This document shows positions 56,971 through 64,000 of a DNA stretch of 64,000 nt, piece after piece. The position numbers and the translations under genes were made by a program. How positions within the stretch are numbered: the first letter of the stretch is position 1; every line of letters starts with the position of its first letter. Under the pieces are notes generated by a model. The model did not search any database. It was not told the origin of the DNA and saw nothing but the letters and a program-made list of their open reading frames with translations. The DNA is from an uncultured Chloroflexia bacterium (lineage in GTDB: Bacteria > Chloroflexota > Anaerolineae > JAAYZQ01). The DNA lies in contig CAVOXA010000015.1 in the NCBI GenBank assembly GCA_963700285.1, positions 192,001-256,000 on the forward strand, in the 5' to 3' direction.

Positions 56971-59615
56971 CCCACACCTCCTAGGGTCAGGGGCGCCAGC
57001 AATGGTGGAGTCAGGCCACCTGGCCTCAAGTGATCCTGGCCAACACTCCAGAGCGGAGGCCTGTAGCTGGGCGCTTTGAGTCCGTACCGCTCCGCGGCCA
57101 GGTAGAGGATCTCGTTGATCATTTCGTCGTAGGCCAACGCCTCCGCCCGGGCCATTATGCACAAATCACTGGAAACCGGGTTCATGCCCGGCAGCGTATT
57201 GATCTCCATCAAGTAGGGCTGGCCGTCGCTCCCCAAGCGAAAGTCCACCCGGCTGACGTCGAACGCTCCCAAGGCCTCAAAGGCTTCTACGGCCAGTTCT
57301 TTGAGCCTAGCTTCCAGGTCCGGCGGGATGTCTGCGGGACAAAAGTAGTTGGGGGCCTCTTCCTCGCCTGGAAGATAAGACTTGGAGACAGCATTGTAAA
57401 AGCCCGCATTGTCACCCACGTTGGCGTCGATCTCCAGGATGGGGAAGACGTGGAACCCTCGCCGGTCGTACAGGTCACTGCGTCGTACTGCCCGTGGCGC
57501 TTGTGAGTTGCCAAAAAAGCCTACTGTGAACTCCCTCCCGGACAGGTAGCTCTCCACCAGCGCCGGTTGGTGATAGACGTCTATCGCCCACCGCACCTGG
57601 CGTCGCAATTCGGCCTCGGTATGCACTACCGATTGGCTATTGATGCCCATACCGGTGCCCTCTCGTAGCGGCTTGACGAACAGTGGAAAAGCCAGAAGGT
57701 GGTCCAGCGCTTCCTCGCCCGTGCGAAAGACTTGGAACGGCGATGTGGGCAGGCCCATGTCGCGCCAGATACGCTTGGCGGCCGCCTTGTCCAGCGACAG
57801 GGTGTGGCCCGATACCTGAGAAGCGCTAAAGGGAATACCCAACATCTGCAACACTGCCGGCACGTGAGACTCGCGGGCCTCACCCTGCATGCCTTCGGCG
57901 ATGTTAAAGCAGATGTCCGGGGCCGCCTGCCGTACAGTATCGAGAAAAGTCCCATCCGCTTCCAGTCGGATCACCTGATGCCCACCCACGCGCAGCGCGG
58001 TCTCCAACGCATTCACGGTTTCCAACGAGTCGTACTCGGCAAGGGCATCCGGAGGCGCTCCGGGAGCGGCCTCCACATTGGCCTTGAGGTTGTAGACCAA
58101 GCCCACACGCCACCCCCGCCGCTGGATCCTGTTTTTTATGTTCACAGCCCCAACTGTGTGGGGCCGGGGTAGCTTCGGCCGGCCGGTTGTTTTGGATACG
58201 GCTTTGTTGTCGCCCGAATCCATAGTCCAGAGCGGTTTCCAGTGTCCATTGCCATTACTGCCGGGCAGCGCCAACCGAGCTGGCACGACCTGCGACTCAT
58301 CTCCTCGTTGGTGGAGAGAGCGCCACCCCTCGGGTGCGATGGTACGCGCTTCACCGGTCAGTAGCCCAGCCACGCCTTCTTGCTTCCCCTCGCTGCGGTG
58401 GGCTTGGCAGTAGCCGCAGGTGGCGGGGTCGTGGGCGGTGTAGACCGGTGGTTGCGCGTAGGCGCTAACAAAGCCCTCAAAGTTGCGCACCACTGCCATC
58501 TGGTCAGACATGCTGAGGAGGTAATTGGGCTGGATCGGTACCTTGCCGCCACCTTCCGGTGCATCGATGACAAATGTTGGTACGGCAAGACCTGAAGTAT
58601 GGCCGCGCAGCGATTCGATGATCTCCATGCCCTTGGCAACCGGTGTTCGGAAATGACCCGCGCCGTGGACCAGATCGCACTGGTAGATGTAATAGGGACG
58701 CACCCGATTCTGCACCAGCCGATGGACCAGCTTCCGCATGACATTGGGGCAGTCATTGATCCCGGCCAGAAGCACTGTCTGGCTTCCCAGAGGAATGCCG
58801 GCATCCGCCAGGAGCGCCAGTGCGGCCTCGACCTCTGGCGCGATCTCTTTGGGGTGGTTGAAGTGGATGTTCATCCACAGGGGATGGTACCGGCGCAGCA
58901 TCGCCACCAGGTCTTCAGTGATACGCTGGGGAAGAAAGACCGGTACCCGCGTTCCGATGCGGATGATCTCCACATGGCGAATCTCTCGAAGACGCGCTAG
59001 CAGACTCTCCAGCACCCGCTGAGGCAGGGCCAGGGGATCACCGCCGGAGATCAATACATCCCGGATCTGAGGGCTGGCGGCGATGTACGCAATCTGCGCC
59101 TCGTGCTGGCTCGTGCTGAACTGGATGTGTGGATCTCCCACCATCCGGCTCCGGGTACAAAAGCGACAGTAGCTGGCGCACTGCGTGGTGACCAGCATCA
59201 ACACCCGGTCGGGGTAGCGATGGACGAGCCCCGCCACGGGCGAATGGGCGTCCTCGGACAGGGCGTCTGCCATCTCGGCTTCGAATGGCAGGGCCTCACG
59301 GCCGGTGGGGATGACCTGGCGCCGGATGGGACAATTGGGATCGTCGGGATCGATCAGACTTGCGAAATGGGGGGTGGTTTCTGCACGAAAGCAGTCTGGG
59401 GCTGCAAGACCTGCAACTTCTTCGGGAGTGAGGTGGATCAACCGCGCAAAGTCGTCCAGGGTGCTCAGGCGGTTGGACAACTGCCAGCGCCAGTCGCCCC
59501 ATGTGGACGGCGAAGCGTCCAGCCACGGAGGGGGAGGTTCATCTGTACCGGGAGGTTCCTCCAATTCAGCCAAGTTTTCTTGCTCGCTCATTCTGGTTGA
59601 CTCGCTCCTACCCAT
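56967..59615 (-). CDS. kamA: KamA-family lysine 2,3-aminomutase fused to a C-terminal Ddl-like ATP-grasp domain
   Basis: HRYPDRVL, CASYCRFCTR, SGGDPL, RIGTR, YQCD, IDAPEGGGK. Later VYNLK..AEYDS, FNIAEG, PLFVKP, GREFTV, RVDFR, EINTLPG in the same ORF. Confidence 0.88.
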   Translation of the reverse strand: MGRSESTRMSEQENLAELEEPPGTDEPPPPWLDASPSTWGDWRWQLSNRLSTLDDFARLIHLTPEEVAGLAAPDCFRAETTPHFASLIDPDDPNCPIRRQVIPTGREALPFEAEMADALSEDAHSPVAGLVHRYPDRVLMLVTTQCASYCRFCTRSRMVGDPHIQFSTSQHEAQIAYIAASPQIRDVLISGGDPLALPQRVLESLLARLREIRHVEIIRIGTRVPVFLPQRITEDLVAMLRRYHPLWMNIHFNHPKEIAPEVEAALALLADAGIPLGSQTVLLAGINDCPNVMRKLVHRLVQNRVRPYYIYQCDLVHGAGHFRTPVAKGMEIIESLRGHTSGLAVPTFVIDAPEGGGKVPIQPNYLLSMSDQMAVVRNFEGFVSAYAQPPVYTAHDPATCGYCQAHRSEGKQEGVAGLLTGEARTIAPEGWRSLHQRGDESQVVPARLALPGSNGNGHWKPLWTMDSGDNKAVSKTTGRPKLPRPHTVGAVNIKNRIQRRGWRVGLVYNLKANVEAAPGAPPDALAEYDSLETVNALETALRVGGHQVIRLEADGTFLDTVRQAAPDICFNIAEGMQGEARESHVPAVLQMLGIPFSASQVSGHTLSLDKAAAKRIWRDMGLPTSPFQVFRTGEEALDHLLAFPLFVKPLREGTGMGINSQSVVHTEAELRRQVRWAIDVYHQPALVESYLSGREFTVGFFGNSQAPRAVRRSDLYDRRGFHVFPILEIDANVGDNAGFYNAVSKSYLPGEEEAPNYFCPADIPPDLEARLKELAVEAFEALGAFDVSRVDFRLGSDGQPYLMEINTLPGMNPVSSDLCIMARAEALAYDEMINEILYLAAERYGLKAPSYRPPLWSVGQDHLRPGGLTPPLLAPLTLGGVG

Positions 59616-60000
59616 GGACAGAGCTCCCTTCGACGCACTGCGAAGAGAGCCCTTGTAGTCGCGCTCAAGAGATTGATAGCACGACTATTGTGTCCACGCT
59701 TCCATTGAATTTGTTGCATGATCATACCCCGGTCCTGTCCCAAAGCCATAGGAAAAAGCTATCAAGAGGGTGGAAAACCAGTCTGGATCATACGATTCCT
59801 GCAATTACCCGGATCCTGGTTCAAGAAGCCCACCACCATAGGGTCGTGATGGAGCCTCTGAGTGGAAGGCGCATGGAGACGAGGCTATAAGATAGAGGGT
59901 TGGGGGCTGATGGCGAGTGTTGATGCTAGTTCAAACCCGTACGGGACAGAGTTGCTCTCGCAACCGAACAATGCTATAATCCCAGCTATGAGAGCCGGAC

Positions 60001-61134
60001 ATGTATATCCAACCGCGTAAGAAGAGGCGATCCTCGCCCGTCAGGGTGTTCATCCTGCTGGTGCTTATTGGCATCGGGGTGTACATCCTGGTTTGGCGGC
60101 GCGACGACATGCTTCAGCCTATTCAGGTCGGCCCCACGCCCACACCAACGCCTACAGCCAATGATGTTATGACCGAGGCGCACGAACTCTACCGTGAGGG
60201 GCTATTGGATGAGGCCATCGCCAAGTATAGTGAGGCCGCCGCGCTAGATCCCTCTGACCCGATAGCCTACGTCTGGTGGTCGCACTTGCTGACACTCCGC
60301 CAGAGTACGGCAGAAGGGGTGGAGAAAGCCCGGGAGGCGGTAGGTATTGCCCCAGACAGCGCCGAAGCGTTGGCGGCCTTGTGCATGGCCCTCGATTGGG
60401 ATGCGGGAATCGGAGACCAGTCCAAGCTCCAGGAGGCCCTGGGCGCCTGCCTGAGCGCCATAGACCTCGACCCGGGATATGCCGAAGCGCATGCCTACCT
60501 GGCCGAGGTCTATGCCGACCTGGGCCAGAAGACCCAAGCCGCGGAGACGGCCCGCCTGGCCGTCAGCCTGGATGATAGCAGCGTCTTTGCCCACCGAGAC
60601 TTGGGCTACGCGCTGGAAAAACAGCGCAATTATCAGGACGCTGTCGCTGAATACCAGCGTGCCTCCCAACTGCATCCCCGGCTGGCCCAACCCTACGTCG
60701 ATCTGGGCCGCATTCACATGTCCCACAACCGTTACAAAGATGCGTTGTCGGCCTATGAGAAAGCGACCGTGGTAGAGCCAACCAGCGCCCACGCCCTAGA
60801 TTCCCTGGGCCAGGCCTACTTTAATACCGGCGACTACCAGCGAGCGGTGGTAGTCCTAAAAAAGGCAACCGAAGTTGATCCATCCTATGTCCCTGCCTAT
60901 GGGCATTTGGGCCTATCCTACTATATCCTGCGCAACTACGAAGACGCCATTGACATGTATCAGCAGGCTTTCGATCTGGGGGCCACCGAACTCGAGTACT
61001 ATTACGAATTGGGTCTGTCTTACGCCTTTCTAGATCGCTGTGATGAAGCACGACCCTGGCTGCTAAAGGCTATCGAGCTTGACTCCACTGCCTGGCCGGC
61101 TTGGGAAGGGTTGGACCTCTGTCCTGAAGAATAG
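60001..61134 (+). CDS. Membrane-anchored TPR repeat protein
   Basis: N-terminal TM helix, PTPTPTPT linker, multiple TPR-like repeats; TGcTATAAT at 59972-59980. Confidence 0.88.
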   Translation: MYIQPRKKRRSSPVRVFILLVLIGIGVYILVWRRDDMLQPIQVGPTPTPTPTANDVMTEAHELYREGLLDEAIAKYSEAAALDPSDPIAYVWWSHLLTLRQSTAEGVEKAREAVGIAPDSAEALAALCMALDWDAGIGDQSKLQEALGACLSAIDLDPGYAEAHAYLAEVYADLGQKTQAAETARLAVSLDDSSVFAHRDLGYALEKQRNYQDAVAEYQRASQLHPRLAQPYVDLGRIHMSHNRYKDALSAYEKATVVEPTSAHALDSLGQAYFNTGDYQRAVVVLKKATEVDPSYVPAYGHLGLSYYILRNYEDAIDMYQQAFDLGATELEYYYELGLSYAFLDRCDEARPWLLKAIELDSTAWPAWEGLDLCPEE

Positions 61135-61212
61135 CAGGCAGAGACCCTTGTCCCACGCTGGAATCTGTGAACCAAAGGAGTCAAAGGATACCGGACACTA
61201 GAGGGCAACACG

Positions 61213-61809
61213 ATGGAGTGGTTGGAAAAGTACCGATGGTACATCTTGCTGGCCACAGTGCTGGCAGTCGGTGGCAGCGTGATTTTCATTCAGTTGCGCC
61301 GCCCCGAAGCCCCACCACTGCTCCTAAGCACAGCTACGCCTGTTCCACCCCCTGAAGCCACGCCGACGCCGCATCCTCTCCGGGTCTATGTCAGCGGAGC
61401 GGTACATCACCCAGATGTGTACACGGTCGCGCCTGATAGTATCGTCAAGGATGTGCTGATGGCGGCTGGCGGGCCCAGCGACGAGGCAGATCTGGACCGC
61501 ATCAATTTGGCGCAGCCCGTTGCCGATGGACAGCAGGTCTATGTACCCCGGATTGGCGAGGAGAACCCGCCGGTTCAGCTACCGTCCAACCAGCGCAGCC
61601 AGCCCATCGTAGCCGGCACAGTCAATATCAATACTGCCGATTTGGCGGCGCTCGAGTCGCTGCCGGGAATAGGGCCGGCGCTCGCCCAGCGCATCCTCGA
61701 CTACCGCCAGGCCAACGGGTCCTTTGCAAGTCCCAAAGAGATCATGGAGGTATCAGGTATCGGCCCAGCCACGTTCGAAGGGATCCAAGATTTAATAACG
61801 ACCAAATGA
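61213..61809 (+). CDS. comEA: Competence DNA-binding protein ComEA
   Basis: TM helix, SLBB-like VYVSGAV..P.VY..AGG..INLA, HhH VNINTA..LPGIGP.LA.RI. Confidence 0.92.
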   Translation: MEWLEKYRWYILLATVLAVGGSVIFIQLRRPEAPPLLLSTATPVPPPEATPTPHPLRVYVSGAVHHPDVYTVAPDSIVKDVLMAAGGPSDEADLDRINLAQPVADGQQVYVPRIGEENPPVQLPSNQRSQPIVAGTVNINTADLAALESLPGIGPALAQRILDYRQANGSFASPKEIMEVSGIGPATFEGIQDLITTK

Positions 61810-61888
61810 GTCCGATTTGTGATCCTCCTTACTGTTCCACGGCCAGGATAGGATACAATATGGATACTCCTTTCTCCTCCTTGTGAGG

Positions 61889-61930
61889 GGAAGAGCAGGA
61901 ATCTCATATGGGGTTCCTGCTCTTCTTTTT
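61889..61930 (+). terminator. Rho-independent terminator
   Basis: Stem GAAGAGCAGGAATCTC / GGGGTTCCTGCTCTTC followed by TTTTT. Confidence 0.8.
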
Positions 61931-62007
61931 GTTACACCCCTCCAGATGCTTGTCGGTAGCATCCAGGCTATGGTATAATGATCTCAATCGATGGATGAGG
62001 TCTGATA

Positions 62008-63150
62008 GTGGAAGCGAAAACAGCCAATATCCTGGTGATCGACGATGAAGTGGGGATGCGCGAAGGCTGCCGGCGAGCTTTGGTGCCCTACAGCTATCGT
62101 GTCAGCACGGCCGAACATGGCGCTGAAGGCCTGCGCAAGTTGCGCGAGGCGCCGTTCGACCTGGTTCTTGTGGATGCCATGATGCCCGGCATGAGTGGGA
62201 TTGAGCTTCTGGAGCGCATCTGCGAGCAAGAACCTGACATGGTGTGCATCATGATCACCGGTTATGCTACCGTGGACCTGGCCGCTCGGGCCATGAAGCA
62301 TGGAGCCCACGATTTTTTACCCAAACCCTTCACCTCGGACGAACTGCTCGCAGTCGTTCAGCGTGGTCTGGCCGAGCGGCAGCGACGCGAACAGCTCAAG
62401 CAGCAGGAGGTACAGCAGGACGAGGTCCAACAGCTTGAGCGAGCCCGCCAAGAGATGGCCAAGCTCGATGCCATTCAAAGCCGTTTCATGCTGGTTATCG
62501 CCCACGAACTGCGCAACCCAGCCGGCGTGATCAAGAACTATCTGCAACTGATGCGCGCTGGTTACGTCGATGAAGACGAATGGGATGAGTACCTGGAGAA
62601 GCTGGACCTGAGAGCCAGCCAGTTGTTGAACATGCTCGACGACATCCTCGAACTGGCGTATTTGAAGGAGACACACGGGGCCACCAAGACCAAGCCTGTG
62701 GCAGTGGTTGACATCCTGGAAGAGGTTGTGAACCAGCTACAGCCGACTGCCGACGACAAGGGACTAAAGCTCGTGGTGCGGAGCCGTGGCAGGCCCACCA
62801 TGCTGGCCCAGCGTGCCCACCTCCACTCCTTGTGGACGAACCTGATTCGCAATGCCATACAGTATACGCCTTCCGGGTATGTCAAGGTTGCACTCGCGGA
62901 AAACGACGGCCTGATCGTGAGTAAGGTAGCTGATACCGGGATCGGAGTATCTACCGAAGAATTGGGGCGCATCTTTCAAGAGTTCTACCGCTCAGAAGCT
63001 GCCCAAAACCAGGTACAGCTGGGCACGGGATTGGGGCTGCCCATCGTGAGCCAGATTGTGAAAACCTACCAGGGTACCATTCAGGTCGACTCGACGCCCG
63101 GTCAAGGCAGCACATTCACCGTCTGCCTGCCGGCAGGAGCAAGCGGGTAA
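62008..63150 (+). CDS. Hybrid response regulator/sensor histidine kinase (REC-HisKA-HATPase)
   Basis: ILVIDDE, D.MMPGMSG, KPF; HELRNP, NLIRNAIQYT, DTGIG, GTGLGL. Confidence 0.92.
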   Translation: MEAKTANILVIDDEVGMREGCRRALVPYSYRVSTAEHGAEGLRKLREAPFDLVLVDAMMPGMSGIELLERICEQEPDMVCIMITGYATVDLAARAMKHGAHDFLPKPFTSDELLAVVQRGLAERQRREQLKQQEVQQDEVQQLERARQEMAKLDAIQSRFMLVIAHELRNPAGVIKNYLQLMRAGYVDEDEWDEYLEKLDLRASQLLNMLDDILELAYLKETHGATKTKPVAVVDILEEVVNQLQPTADDKGLKLVVRSRGRPTMLAQRAHLHSLWTNLIRNAIQYTPSGYVKVALAENDGLIVSKVADTGIGVSTEELGRIFQEFYRSEAAQNQVQLGTGLGLPIVSQIVKTYQGTIQVDSTPGQGSTFTVCLPAGASG

Positions 63151-63178
63151 TCATAGAGCAGGATACCAACGGGCAAAC

Positions 63179-64000
63179 ATGTCAGACATCCAGCTACGGG
63201 AGTATACGGCCAGGATCGGCGATCTGATAGCGGGAGGGCGGCAGGATGAAGCGATTGCTCACTGCCGCTACATCTTGCTCTTTCACCCCCGACATGGCCA
63301 GACGTATCGGCTGCTGGGAGAAGCCTGCCTGGCCAAAGAGATGTGCGGCGAGGCGCGCGACTTTTTTCAGCGGGCACTGAGCGCTGATCCGGAGGACGTT
63401 GGCACCTGGCTGGGATTGGGTCGCGCCTATGGCGAGCACGGCATGCCAGCGGAGGCCCTATGGGCGGTGGAAAACGCTTTCGAACTGGAGCCCGGCCATG
63501 GGAAGGTTCGACAGGACCTTGGGCGCTTGTACGGCCAGCGCGACCGTGACCCATCTGTCGGGGTCCAGGCGCCCGGGGAAAGAACCCGTCTCAGGTTGAC
63601 GAGAGGCGCATTGGGACGCCTGTACATGCGCTGCAACCTGTACGACAAGGCCATTGATGAGCTGCAGGCCGCCCTACTAATTGACTCCAGCAGGCCGGTC
63701 ACACATGTCGCCCTGGCGGAAGCCCTGTGGCGCGACGGGCGAGACCTGGAGGCGACCAACGTCTGTTTGGAGATCCTTAGAACCCTCCCGAACTGTCTAA
63801 AGGTGAACCTGATCCTCGGTACGATTTGGCTGCGTAGCGGAAACCCGCGCCCCGCACAGGCCAGGCTGGACGTTGCCCGGGCATTGGATCCTGAGAACTT
63901 GATGGCCCAGGAGATGATGGGCCATGAATCTCCGCTGCCTGCGGCAGAGGTCCTGGTCGCGGTACCAAAGGATGACAAGTCTGCATCGGCACCCACACTG
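63179..64000 (+). CDS. TPR repeat protein, 3'-truncated by the window edge (absent from the ORF track)
   Basis: Frame open from ATG 63179: MSDIQLREY...EAIAHCRYIL..HP...YRLLGEACL...FQRALSADPED...RLTRGALGRLY. Confidence 0.82.
   Translation, partial: MSDIQLREYTARIGDLIAGGRQDEAIAHCRYILLFHPRHGQTYRLLGEACLAKEMCGEARDFFQRALSADPEDVGTWLGLGRAYGEHGMPAEALWAVENAFELEPGHGKVRQDLGRLYGQRDRDPSVGVQAPGERTRLRLTRGALGRLYMRCNLYDKAIDELQAALLIDSSRPVTHVALAEALWRDGRDLEATNVCLEILRTLPNCLKVNLILGTIWLRSGNPRPAQARLDVARALDPENLMAQEMMGHESPLPAAEVLVAVPKDDKSASAPTL

Overview
GC-rich bacterial chromosomal window, most consistent with an anaerobic Chloroflexota (Anaerolineae-like) genome; the taxonomy is inferred from gene content and motif style. 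Left to right: (1) a 5'-truncated GH13 gene, a Tag-like glycosylase and a secreted orphan protein. (2) A translationally coupled ~14 kb surface-glycan operon (GT-C, Wzt with no Wzm in the window, five GT4, two GT2 and small accessory proteins), in which five proteins share one amphipathic/coiled-coil module and two GT4s share a second tail. (3) Tandem clan-A glycoside hydrolases, a decayed large serine recombinase ending in a tRNA-like remnant, nucleotide-sugar genes with an 18-bp palindromic tandem repeat, and an AKR/PfkB pair with an in-frame TAG. (4) An indel-rich housekeeping block (radical SAM pair, rplU, rpmA, rpmE) followed by tdk, parA and nfeD. (5) A ~16.5 kb HdrC-HdrB-HdrA-CBS/ACT-MvhD-FeS-HdrL-DmpA-(relBE)-HdrD-HdrA-EtfBA electron-bifurcation cluster. 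(6) An unannotated 33-aa membrane protein, glnA, and an operon of a lysine 2,3-aminomutase fused to an ATP-grasp ligase, a second ATP-grasp and a GNAT. (7) TPR, comEA, a hybrid kinase and a candidate anti-SD sRNA. Best candidates for undescribed systems: the KamA-ATP-grasp/GNAT beta-lysine peptide pathway, the shared docking module in the glycan operon, and the Hdr-Etf complex with no local hydrogenase or Fdh input. All calls come from reading the sequence by eye; no searches were run.
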